Positions 55,588-64,000 of a stretch of 64,000 bases of DNA are shown piece after piece. The DNA lies in the IMG/VR virus record IMGVR_UViG_3300024331_000007, positions 96,001-160,000 of that record; one strand, given 5' to 3'. A program made the translations under genes and the position numbers. The DNA is from a virus. Its lineage: Duplodnaviria > Caudoviricetes. Positions within the stretch are counted from its first letter, which is position 1, and every line of letters begins with the position of its first letter. Below the pieces are notes generated by a model. That model ran no database searches and was not told the DNA's origin. It worked only from the letters and a program-made list of their open reading frames with translations.

Positions 55588-56064
55588 TTACTTCTTCGCC
55601 GCAATCACCGCCGCTGCCTGAGCAGCCGCCTTCGCACGGATCGAACCACCCCGAGCAGTGCTGACGATTGTCTTCACGATGCTCTCTTGCGCTGGCGTTT
55701 CAGTTGTGTTTGGATTTGCCTTTGTGCTAGTCGCGGTAGACTTCACAAGGTTCTTTGTGGCAGGACGGCCACGCTTTGCAGGTACAGCCGTGCCATTTAG
55801 CTTGGCAACTTGCTTATTAATGTAAGCGGCCTTCTCATCAAGAGACGCGAGATTGACGCCTTCTGGCTTTACTTCCTTGAGATACGCAATTGCTTCCAGC
55901 TTTGTCATAGGCTTTGGCAATGAAACAAGCACAAATTCCTTATGACCGGCCTTTGTCATAACTGCTGGACGCGCATCAGGATCGTTGGCAAACCGCGCCT
56001 TGTAGACACCGTTGGGGTCTGCGCTTGAGCCAGCATATTTGAATGTGCGATTGTCAATGTTCAT
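55588..56064 (-). CDS. conserved phage protein with Lys/Ala/Thr-rich histone-like tail
   Basis: KARFAND...AGH...LPKPMTKLEA; KRGRP AT-hook-like motif. Confidence 0.7.
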   Translation of the reverse strand: MNIDNRTFKYAGSSADPNGVYKARFANDPDARPAVMTKAGHKEFVLVSLPKPMTKLEAIAYLKEVKPEGVNLASLDEKAAYINKQVAKLNGTAVPAKRGRPATKNLVKSTATSTKANPNTTETPAQESIVKTIVSTARGGSIRAKAAAQAAAVIAAKK

Positions 56065-56210
56065 AGTTTTCATTTCCTTTGTTAGGCTTTGCCTAACGTT
56101 ATGTGAGCAACTTTGTTGTCTCACGGTTGAATTTTGCATCTCGAACCAATCAGTCGTTGGATCGGTGCGCGTAGCTTTGGTATCAGAATAGCATTATGAA
56201 GTACCAAATG

Positions 56211-56510
56211 TCAAGAGTTTTTTCCGATTGTTACTGAAATAGTCTTAGTTCTTTGTTTTGAGGCATCTACAGAGTCTCTTTTTTCCAGCCGATAGTTAAG
56301 TTCAAACATTAGCTTGTTTTTGTACAATTCCAGAGCAAAATCCATCGCCCAACCCACTAAAGCGGCACTCCAATAGATGATTATACAGACCAAAGTGAAT
56401 CGAAACCATCCATCGTGGGGAGTTTTCGTGAACTCGGCGGTCTGAATCAGCCAGCCCGTCATTAAAAGCATGTACCAATGTTCTTTTAGAAAACGCCAAA
56501 CTTTTGACAT
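56211..56510 (-). CDS. membrane protein
   Basis: two TM segments; own promoter TTGACA-18-TATACT at 56531-56560. Confidence 0.6.
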   Translation of the reverse strand: MSKVWRFLKEHWYMLLMTGWLIQTAEFTKTPHDGWFRFTLVCIIIYWSAALVGWAMDFALELYKNKLMFELNYRLEKRDSVDASKQRTKTISVTIGKNS

Positions 56511-56650
56511 TTGTGTTCCTTCCTGTTGCCAGTATATCAAATTCTGGTGTTCCGTGTCAACCCCAAAGTTTGACAATAAACAATTCAAACTCTCAACTTT
56601 GACACTTCGATAAATATAGAAGCCGCATAAATACAGCAGAGGGATCGTTA

Positions 56651-57067
56651 ATGCCAATTAAACAGACTTCAAAAATCCAAGTTCGTTCGGGACTTCAGCA
56701 AAACTTGCCACAACTGGCAAAAGGCGAATTAGGTTGGGCCGTTGATACGCAGCGTCTGTACATCGGCAATGGCAATGTTTCTGATGGCGCTCCATTTCAA
56801 GGAAACACTGAAATTATCACTGTCGTTTCTAGCCCGTCAACACCTATCAACATTCCCGTTTCTGGCACTTTTCAGCAAACACCTGATGGTATTCGTACTG
56901 TATTCACAACAACTGGAAACGTGGCACCAGAACCTAATACGATGATTGTTTGGGTTAATTTTCCCCTCGTACCGGGCATTGGTTTTACAACTACTGGTTC
57001 TCAGGTTACCTTCACAACCGCACCGGGAGCTACAGACAACCTCTTCTGGCAAGGTTGGATTTCATAA
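56651..57067 (+). CDS. virion protein with Mtd-N/hyaluronidase-N-like motif
   Basis: LPQLAKGELGWAVDTQRLYIGNG; two late boxes at 56609 and 56626. Confidence 0.7.
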   Translation: MPIKQTSKIQVRSGLQQNLPQLAKGELGWAVDTQRLYIGNGNVSDGAPFQGNTEIITVVSSPSTPINIPVSGTFQQTPDGIRTVFTTTGNVAPEPNTMIVWVNFPLVPGIGFTTTGSQVTFTTAPGATDNLFWQGWIS

Positions 57068-57083
57068 AGAAAAAGGATGGCGA

Positions 57084-58205
57084 TTACTCGCCATCCACAC
57101 GGAATACAGAATCGCCCGAAGGTTCAACCATTTTCCAAATCATTGTATCAATCTTTTTGCCGTCCAACAAACCAAACAAAAGACCTGAATACTTACGATT
57201 TTGTTCCATCGTGAAGTACTCCGCCATCTTCTTACGTGATTCCTTGTAAGGTGTAAATGGGTCAAGTTGAGGGCGATTCACGTAGATCACGTTCACTGCG
57301 TTGTAAATCGCTTCATACTTTTCCGTCAAGGACAAAACAACACCCTTAACCCACGTCTTAAACGTATCAGGCATACGCGCATCTGAAAGCCAACCGTTTA
57401 CGGTTTCCATCTGTCCGTCACGCAACAATTCCCACACAGAACGAACGTTCAAACCCGTCAGAATCTTGTGAAGACGAACATACTCATCAAACTTGACCTT
57501 AACTTTCAGGCCAGTTGAAGGATACGTCAAAACATAACCTTCACGATTCTTGTCATTCTCGGCAAGTGACTCGGAAAGCGTCTTACGATATTCCTTGACG
57601 ACTTCCAAACCCATCGCACGACAATAATCCTTCACATTTGAACGCGAAGCCTCCACACCAGTTTCGATATTCACCGCTCCCAAAATTACCAGACCTTCAA
57701 AATCATAGTCCACGACAATTTTGTTCTCGGAATAAATTACTTCCGAAACAAGCGTATAATCCTTCAGCAACGTCAACGAAGGATATCGCGAACGCAACCA
57801 ATTCGTAGCCCATTCCGCTTGTTCTGAATGGAAAGCACCGCGAGTTGCAACGTGATTTAAACCATCCCACGCGAACATCGTACCCATTGAACCATCCAAC
57901 TTCTCAAGGAAAATTGCCTGTTCCTTCGGCAAGTTTTTCTCTAACGTTTCGGGGTGACGATCATCATTCAGATTCCAAAACTTTGCAAATGGACGCGCAA
58001 CAACCTCATTGTTGTCCATGCAATACACAAGACCGCGAGACAAATTCATCTCGTTACCCCAAATCAGCTTAGGGTCGTACTGTGCTTGCGGCGTATAATT
58101 CAACACTGCCAGAGGATACTGACGGTGAATTTTACGCGAGATGTAGCCTTCGTGAATCAAACGATTCAAGTTCTCCACATCCATGATTTGTGACAACTGA
58201 ATCAT
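57084..58205 (-). CDS. RNA ligase, T4 Rnl1-like
   Basis: RGLV, RPFAKFWN, motif I EKLDGS, EVIY, EGYV, KVKFDEY. Confidence 0.88.
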   Translation of the reverse strand: MIQLSQIMDVENLNRLIHEGYISRKIHRQYPLAVLNYTPQAQYDPKLIWGNEMNLSRGLVYCMDNNEVVARPFAKFWNLNDDRHPETLEKNLPKEQAIFLEKLDGSMGTMFAWDGLNHVATRGAFHSEQAEWATNWLRSRYPSLTLLKDYTLVSEVIYSENKIVVDYDFEGLVILGAVNIETGVEASRSNVKDYCRAMGLEVVKEYRKTLSESLAENDKNREGYVLTYPSTGLKVKVKFDEYVRLHKILTGLNVRSVWELLRDGQMETVNGWLSDARMPDTFKTWVKGVVLSLTEKYEAIYNAVNVIYVNRPQLDPFTPYKESRKKMAEYFTMEQNRKYSGLLFGLLDGKKIDTMIWKMVEPSGDSVFRVDGE

Positions 58206-58945
58206 TATATTTCCTTATCTTTTCCATTTGGCGTCAATTGACGAACATAATTAAGCTGAGTCGTCTGATTGCCCTTGTTCTTGATGCGTCCCGAAATGTT
58301 GTACGTGTTGCCCTTCGTCCAATTCTTTTTGTCAAAGAAAAACACAACACGATTTCCAAGTACGTTATTTACAAGTGCGTTTACCGCTGTCGAATTGAAG
58401 CGATCCTTGTAAATTGCATCGATGACAGTTATATTCAGATGGACCGTTTCACCGAGATGATTGTCCAGCGGAATGCTCTCATTCGTTGCGTTGCTGAGTG
58501 CTTCGCGCTCTTTGTTGCGCTGAATGTTGCGCTCATAGATCGAAGGAAGCGAAGCAATGAGCATAATCATTGGCCCTGCTTCGGGAACTCCCTCAGTTGT
58601 AGCAGCCTCAACAGCAGCCTTGATAAAATCCTTCGCTGTGCCTTCAAACACAAGCGTAATCATGCTGCAAAAATATTCGCGGACCTGTTCGCCTCGTACA
58701 TAATCTTCAGGAGTAATATCAGAACGGTCTGACGCAAGCATGACCTTAATCATGGAACCGTTTGGAAGTTTTGTTGCGTTCGGATCAGTTTTCGGAGGAT
58801 TCGGATTCGCGTAACTGCCACGAAAATTTTGCGTGTTTGTGCGTTTCACATATTCCCCGTTGATTCTCTGGGCAGCAACCGCAGCCGCGAACACATCAGC
58901 GCGATTGTAAAACTTTGGCTCTACGTTTTCGTCAACCGTTTTCAT
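58205..58945 (-). CDS. conserved phage protein with C-terminal OB-like region
   Basis: AVAAQRINGEYVK; TTQLNYVR end. Confidence 0.65.
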   Translation of the reverse strand: MKTVDENVEPKFYNRADVFAAAVAAQRINGEYVKRTNTQNFRGSYANPNPPKTDPNATKLPNGSMIKVMLASDRSDITPEDYVRGEQVREYFCSMITLVFEGTAKDFIKAAVEAATTEGVPEAGPMIMLIASLPSIYERNIQRNKEREALSNATNESIPLDNHLGETVHLNITVIDAIYKDRFNSTAVNALVNNVLGNRVVFFFDKKNWTKGNTYNISGRIKNKGNQTTQLNYVRQLTPNGKDKEI

Positions 58946-58959
58946 TACCTTTTCTCCAA

Positions 58960-59566
58960 TTAAGAGCAAAACCACGCTTCTTTGTTGCAGTCACCGTTGA
59001 ACGACTTGATTTCCGTTACCATCCTGCGAACATCTTTCGCAGTGTACGTTACCATTTCATGAGTTGAACCTGTATATGTTATGTCTTTTTCGCGCAACCG
59101 TTTTATGTACGGAGTCTGGGTTGCTCGCATCAACCAAGTTCCAAGACGTTCACATGCAGCGCGTGAATCACGCACAAGAAAAGTGTAATCATAATGCGTT
59201 CCTGAGAAATGCGCCAATGTATTGATCGGCGTTTTCATATACGTCAAAGGTCCGATAAACTCTTTCATTACCTTTTCTCCCATAAATTTGTCATAGTTCA
59301 CAATTCTGTTCATCTTCTATGACTTCATCAAGTTCACGAAACTTTTGAGGTAAAACGCCATCAAAAGCATCAATTACGCTTTCTGGAAGAGTAACATTTT
59401 GAAAGTTAATATCAAACGAATGAAGGATATGGCGAATTACATCTTCGGCCAACCCAGCAGTTCGCATGGTTCCATCTACATACAGGGCATATATATCGCC
59501 CTCCAAAGTATGCACAACTTTGACATCAGAACTGCGAAGAATCATCTTATACCCCTTCAACAACAT
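58960..59566 (-). CDS. two hypothetical genes (58960-59268, 59291-59566)
   Basis: SD-preceded ORFs; promoter TTGACT-17-TATACT at 59571-59599. Confidence 0.6.
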
Positions 59567-59640
59567 ATCCAGTATACCAAACTCGCTGAATTAAGTCAAG
59601 TATATAAACACTATTGATTTTAAAGGGTTTAGAGACAGAA

Positions 59641-59665
59641 AGAGCGGGGCGCTTTGGCCTCGCTC
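59641..59665 (-). terminator. GC hairpin after the HTH gene
   Basis: GAGCGAGG...CCCCGCTC-TTCTGTCTC on minus. Confidence 0.5.
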
Positions 59666-59689
59666 AATCGATTTGACAAAAACTAAAAG

Positions 59690-59938
59690 TTATGCCTTTG
59701 TGTAGCTGACTTCTGAACCCCATCTGTCACGGCGACTCACGCTATACTTGTTCAAACCATCGCGGGTCTTTTCGACGCGAACGTTCAAACCAGCTTGACG
59801 AAGTTCGGACATACGTGCTCTCAGGTTACCGATACCAAACTGGCTCTTTGCCTGACGAGCAGTGAGAGTGCGACCTGTTCCACGAAGATAATCATGGAGG
59901 AACACATTCTGCGTTGTGTTAATGTTTGTAAATGCCAT
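59690..59938 (-). CDS. winged HTH DNA-binding protein
   Basis: LTARQAKSQFGIGNLRARMSELRQAG; AAGGAG SD; promoter at 59991-60020. Confidence 0.75.
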   Translation of the reverse strand: MAFTNINTTQNVFLHDYLRGTGRTLTARQAKSQFGIGNLRARMSELRQAGLNVRVEKTRDGLNKYSVSRRDRWGSEVSYTKA

Positions 59939-60056
59939 ATAGTCTAATTCTCCTTATCAAGCAAATGGCTTGATTTTTGTAATTGTTACCAGTATACTGC
60001 ATCTTTTAAAAACGAGTCAAGCTAAATATTAACATCACGAAATACAGGAGCGTTTT

Positions 60057-60395
60057 ATGCCATATGCTATTATAGGAACTTTGGTGTTTTTGGCGTTGCT
60101 CGGTGGAATTATCTTTTACGCCATTCAACAGGCAAAGAAACAGGATCAGGAAGAATTAAAGTCTTCCGCTGAATTTGCCGAAGCTTGTACTTTTAAGGAA
60201 CCTGAAATTGCAGAGGAAGCTGTCAAGATTGAATTGGCAATGGAACCAAAAGTTTCCAAAAAACCTGCCAAAATGAAGGCAAAGAAAAAGTCCAAGAAAC
60301 CTGTTAAGAAAGAAGTTATCGTAACTGAAACTTTTGAATTTCCGACCGTTGCTCCAAAGCCACGCAAACCACGAGCAAAGAAACCTACTGTTTAA
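60057..60395 (+). CDS. late membrane-anchored Lys-rich protein
   Basis: N-terminal TM; CAGGAG SD; GCTAAATA at 60021. Confidence 0.7.
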   Translation: MPYAIIGTLVFLALLGGIIFYAIQQAKKQDQEELKSSAEFAEACTFKEPEIAEEAVKIELAMEPKVSKKPAKMKAKKKSKKPVKKEVIVTETFEFPTVAPKPRKPRAKKPTV

Positions 60396-60567
60396 CAGCG
60401 TTTTTCGCTATTATAATACATAGAAGTCGGTCAATATATTCATCGACTGTTTCGTAAGGCGGTTGAATCTTGCAATTAGGATCGCCGCCTTCAAGGTCGC
60501 ATTCACATCCTGCTTCATATCCATGTCCAGCAGTTCTACGCCACAATTCTTTCGGAACTTCTATCAT
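60385..60567 (-). CDS. hypothetical protein
   Basis: ATGA-coupled to clpS. Confidence 0.5.
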   Translation of the reverse strand: MIEVPKELWRRTAGHGYEAGCECDLEGGDPNCKIQPPYETVDEYIDRLLCIIIAKNAVKQ

Positions 60568-60878
60568 TCCGCGTCTTCCTTGATTTCTGCGACCAAGGGA
60601 AAAGACTCAGCGCGAGCCTTTACAATAACCAAATCTCGCAAATGAGAAGCAAGCTCTTTTGTAAGACTATTCACGACTTCGCCCTGTCCGACAGAATCAA
60701 TTCGAGAGGTTATGGCCGCAGCAGCATCATATGGGTGACCAAAAACCTCCATTATAACGCGCACAACAAACTCCGCGCTGGTTACTTCGTCATTAAACAA
60801 AACAACGCTGTAGCGAGGTGGGCGCTTGAGGTCGGTTTCAACTTTTACTTTGGTTAGAATATCGCATGCAGTTGTCAT
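60564..60878 (-). CDS. clpS: ClpS-like protease adaptor
   Basis: PPRYSVVLFNDEVTSAEFVVRVIMEVF...G...A. Confidence 0.85.
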   Translation of the reverse strand: MTTACDILTKVKVETDLKRPPRYSVVLFNDEVTSAEFVVRVIMEVFGHPYDAAAAITSRIDSVGQGEVVNSLTKELASHLRDLVIVKARAESFPLVAEIKEDAE

Positions 60879-60890
60879 ACTTCAACAATA

Positions 60891-62141
60891 CTACGATTTA
60901 GTCTTTTTGGCAACCGATTTTTTCTCAAATATTTCGATTTTTGGTATTTCCTTTTTATCTACACAGTTGCCGTGAAAAGTAACTTTGGCCACTCTTCGCT
61001 TTTGGTACTCTGGAATAATGTATAAATGTGGTAACATGATGGCGTCACAAATAGATCGAAGACCTCGAACTCCAGTTTTTTCAGTTTTTGCTTGATGTGC
61101 AACTCTTTCCAAAAAGTCGTTGGTAAATTCCAAATCTATCCCATCCACGTTAAAGTAGAATTTGTATTCAGCTAGAATGTTGTTCTTTGCATTAGTAAGA
61201 ACTTCCAAGAGTTCAACTTCAGTTAGCTCTTTTGTGTGGGTTTTCATTGGAAATCTCCCCACAAATTCTGGAATCATACCAAACTCTACGAAATCTTCAG
61301 TGACATATTCGGCATCAAGATTTTGGGTAGCTGCAACTGCGGCATCTCCGAAGCCAAGTCCCTTCTTTTTCTTTAATCGAGTAGTCACAATGTCCGTCAT
61401 TCCGATGAACGCACCACCACAAATGAATAACATATTCGAAGTATTAACTTCCACTACCTTTGGCGCTCTTTTTGAGTCTGGATTTAACGTAACTGGTATG
61501 ACCGTTCCTTCAACCATCTTCAATAATGCAGACTGGATGCCTGATACTTTAGCTTCCGATGCAGTGGCGCGATTCTTCGTAGTGATCTTGTCAATTTCAT
61601 CTATGAACACAATACCATTTTCGGCTGCATTGATGTCACCATTAGCTTCCATTAGCAAGCGTGTGATGATAGTATCAACATTTTGACCAATATATCCAGC
61701 TTCAGTAAGAGTTGTGGCATCTACAGCTATGAAAGGAACATCCAGAAACTTTGCAACGGTACTCACCAGCAGGCTTTTTCCACTTCCACTCGGCCCGGTA
61801 ATCATTAAGTTACTCTTATTCAGATCACTTCCTTCGTGTTCGTAGAGCATCCTCTTATAATGATTTACCACGCTGACGCAAATAGCCATTTTTGCCGTCT
61901 CTTGGCCGATCACAAACTGGTCCATGAACTCTCTAATCTTTATACTATTGAGTTGTTCAACCAATTGCTTCTTTTCTGCCACTTGCGAAGGAACAATCTC
62001 AGACGCAGGGGTGCTCTTGAGCAGGCCGTTGAACAGGATTATGCATTTGTCGCATATCGAGTAGTCACCGCTTACGACCATCTTGAGGCTCTCACCTCTA
62101 CTTTTTTTGCAGAAAGTACATTTGATGGGATTTTTAGTCAT
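60891..62141 (-). CDS. clpX: ClpX ATPase
   Basis: C4 Zn domain, VIGQETAK, GPSGSGKS, TEAGYIG, DEIDK, LFICGGAF, LGF loop, TGVRGLR. Confidence 0.95.
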   Translation of the reverse strand: MTKNPIKCTFCKKSRGESLKMVVSGDYSICDKCIILFNGLLKSTPASEIVPSQVAEKKQLVEQLNSIKIREFMDQFVIGQETAKMAICVSVVNHYKRMLYEHEGSDLNKSNLMITGPSGSGKSLLVSTVAKFLDVPFIAVDATTLTEAGYIGQNVDTIITRLLMEANGDINAAENGIVFIDEIDKITTKNRATASEAKVSGIQSALLKMVEGTVIPVTLNPDSKRAPKVVEVNTSNMLFICGGAFIGMTDIVTTRLKKKKGLGFGDAAVAATQNLDAEYVTEDFVEFGMIPEFVGRFPMKTHTKELTEVELLEVLTNAKNNILAEYKFYFNVDGIDLEFTNDFLERVAHQAKTEKTGVRGLRSICDAIMLPHLYIIPEYQKRRVAKVTFHGNCVDKKEIPKIEIFEKKSVAKKTKS

Positions 62142-62143
62142 TG

Positions 62144-62341
62144 TTAGGCTGATTTGTGTTTCTTAGTTTTGAAAAGGCTTTTGAATGAGAAATGATTGTA
62201 TCTATGAGCATATACCAACCACAAAATAGAAGCAGCACAAGTCAAAAACAATAAAGCTCTGTACTCGTCATATGAGACGCACAGAACAACAAACAGGAAA
62301 AAGACAAGCATTGGAAATTGCTTTACGGTTGCTCGTATCAT
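62144..62341 (-). CDS. small 2-TM protein
   Basis: two hydrophobic segments. Confidence 0.55.
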   Translation of the reverse strand: MIRATVKQFPMLVFFLFVVLCVSYDEYRALLFLTCAASILWLVYAHRYNHFSFKSLFKTKKHKSA

Positions 62342-62405
62342 TGCTACTTCCTATTACGAAGATTGTTACCACTCAATGATACTATTTATGAAAACTGTGC
62401 GAATT

Positions 62406-62951
62406 TTAGGGTTTCAATTTGGCTTTGCGCCTAATAGCGCGGAAGGTAGCCCTTCTAGCCTTTTTGACGGCCTTTTCAATGCGGTGTTCCTTGCGAACAG
62501 AGGACCATTTGTAGGAAAAACGCTTTCTAATGTAGTTCAGGGTATGAAATACTGGCTCATTCCCATTTATTCCATCCGAAACAACCAACAAACCAACACA
62601 TTCTGCTTTTGGCGCAAAATCTTTTACCTCGTAATAGATATTTGCTGCTGTTTCGCCAGATTCAACGAAGTCATCAACTATAACATAGCGTTTTGACTTT
62701 GAAAATCCCTCGACTCTGGATACGCTGTGAGATGTTGCCTCTCTTTTGCGAACCATTATAAGGTTTTTCTTGAGTTTTGTGGCAATAATAGGCGCAATGA
62801 TAGCTCCGCTCATTCCACGGAATGCAATGGAGTCAAAATTTTTCTTTGGAAGTATTCGGATGGCGTTATTGATTAGATGGCGCAGTTTCAGCGGAGTTAA
62901 AAGATACGCCAAATAAGGTGAAACAATATTATGAACCGGGCGTCTGGGCAT
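62406..62951 (-). CDS. type I phosphoribosyltransferase
   Basis: IAFRGMSG; PRPP loop VIVDDFVESGET. Confidence 0.8.
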   Translation of the reverse strand: MPRRPVHNIVSPYLAYLLTPLKLRHLINNAIRILPKKNFDSIAFRGMSGAIIAPIIATKLKKNLIMVRKREATSHSVSRVEGFSKSKRYVIVDDFVESGETAANIYYEVKDFAPKAECVGLLVVSDGINGNEPVFHTLNYIRKRFSYKWSSVRKEHRIEKAVKKARRATFRAIRRKAKLKP

Positions 62952-62954
62952 GCG

Positions 62955-63698
62955 TTACTTTAATTTAACCAACACGGCTGTTGAATTATCATCTCGCTGA
63001 ATATTCGCCATTGCTTTCACTAAGTCTTCCGCATCAGCACCCTTTTCAATAAAATCTACAACAATTGGAAGGGTATCTCCAGCAATATGAGACGGGTCCA
63101 TAAGACCATCGGAACAGATTAGAATCCAACTGTTCTCGTTCACAGGAATGTGAAAGATTTCAGGTTCACGTAGGAGAACTCGATTTAAATCCCTATCTCC
63201 CAATGCGCGACTCATTTGAAGTCCCGGTCCATCAATTTGCCATTTGTCAAATAGGTAACCGTTGACGCTTATTTTGCCGCCACGCGCTTCGGCTGCTTGA
63301 GCTTCCGCCAAATTTGTTCGAACATTGTGTTCTGGAGACTTCCAGATTTGTCCGTTCGCATCCTTTATGATAACTGGACTATCGCCCAAAACTGCAATAT
63401 GAGCAACGTTATCCTTCAACCACACGATGCTTGCTGAGGAACCACAGGTATGATCGTTTGTTAACGATGCTAATTTGTTATAAATTTGAAGTAGTGTTGA
63501 ATCTGGGTCTTTCTTTGTTTCTTTAGAAAGTGAATGAAACTCGCGAGGTGCTGCCGACGATGCAATTTCTGCTACCCATTTACCGCCGTGTCCGTCGAAC
63601 ACGCCAAGAAGAACTCCAACTGTTTTCGTTATTTTGAAAAAGGATCGGTCTTCTTGGTATGCTCTACGATTTTGTGCTGAAAATTGTGTTACTTCCAT
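62955..63698 (-). CDS. PP2C/PPM-family phosphatase
   Basis: RAYQED, GVFDGHGG, VLGDS, MSRALGD, CSDGL, DNST. Confidence 0.92.
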   Translation of the reverse strand: MEVTQFSAQNRRAYQEDRSFFKITKTVGVLLGVFDGHGGKWVAEIASSAAPREFHSLSKETKKDPDSTLLQIYNKLASLTNDHTCGSSASIVWLKDNVAHIAVLGDSPVIIKDANGQIWKSPEHNVRTNLAEAQAAEARGGKISVNGYLFDKWQIDGPGLQMSRALGDRDLNRVLLREPEIFHIPVNENSWILICSDGLMDPSHIAGDTLPIVVDFIEKGADAEDLVKAMANIQRDDNSTAVLVKLK

Positions 63699-64000
63699 GA
63701 TGAACTACTTTCTATGTGAATTGCCTGTTTAACTGGTAGTACGATACTACTAATTGATATTTTATGTATTGGGGCAATGTGGTCTAGTTTCTTATGTCAA
63801 GTCAATGTCAAGTATCTCCAAATATTTGTGCCATTGCACATGCGTTTGAAACTTTTTGATGTTAATCTTTAATCGAGTGTTCGAAGTATTTAGTTTGTTG
63901 TTGCCTTCTGCTTAATTATCTCGGCCATATTAAGAGAATCCGAGATAAGTTGCGTGATTCGGCCCATATCGCTTGGATAATCATACGGTGGAGGGGCAAG

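Noticed and set aside
63795-63815. GTCAA repeated three times
   Set aside because: Too short, and it overlaps likely -35 TTGAC elements. There is no support for iterons.
63983-64000. CCCCTCC-A-CCG on minus, resembling an Ala-type acceptor 3' end
   Set aside because: It is truncated by the window edge, ends CCG not CCA, and no T-arm is visible.

Overview
This 64-kb window comes from an AT-rich (roughly 40% GC by eye) jumbo-phage-like genome. It has a T4-like replication/recombination set (gp32 SSB, UvsX, UvsY, gp41 helicase, gp61 primase). Most genes are on the minus strand under sigma70-type promoters (TTGAC-N17/18-TATACT). A minority of virion, kinase and GIY-YIG genes sit behind T4-like late boxes (TAAATA). 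Accessory content is rich: RNA repair (two RNA ligases, PNK/phosphatase, a Pol-beta nucleotidyltransferase), NAD metabolism (Prs-like + NAMPT-like pair, NadA), a PspA-TPM-DUF1190-GSP synthase operon, ClpS/ClpX, an RNAP omega homolog, QueD, five GIY-YIG genes and several paralog arrays. The strongest unannotated signals are: (1) a circularly permuted two-piece tmRNA at 50165-50480 (minus) with a non-canonical 26-aa tag, in the same window as a ClpX with altered ssrA-reading loops and a ClpS with an altered N-degron pocket; (2) a covarying two-hairpin leader shared by three GIY-YIG genes; (3) a stand-alone seryl-tRNA synthetase tRNA-binding arm. Weak clues suggest an Acidobacteriota host. Family assignments come from visible motifs and recall only; no database searches were run. 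Several start codons were moved from the ORF track to a better-supported ATG.
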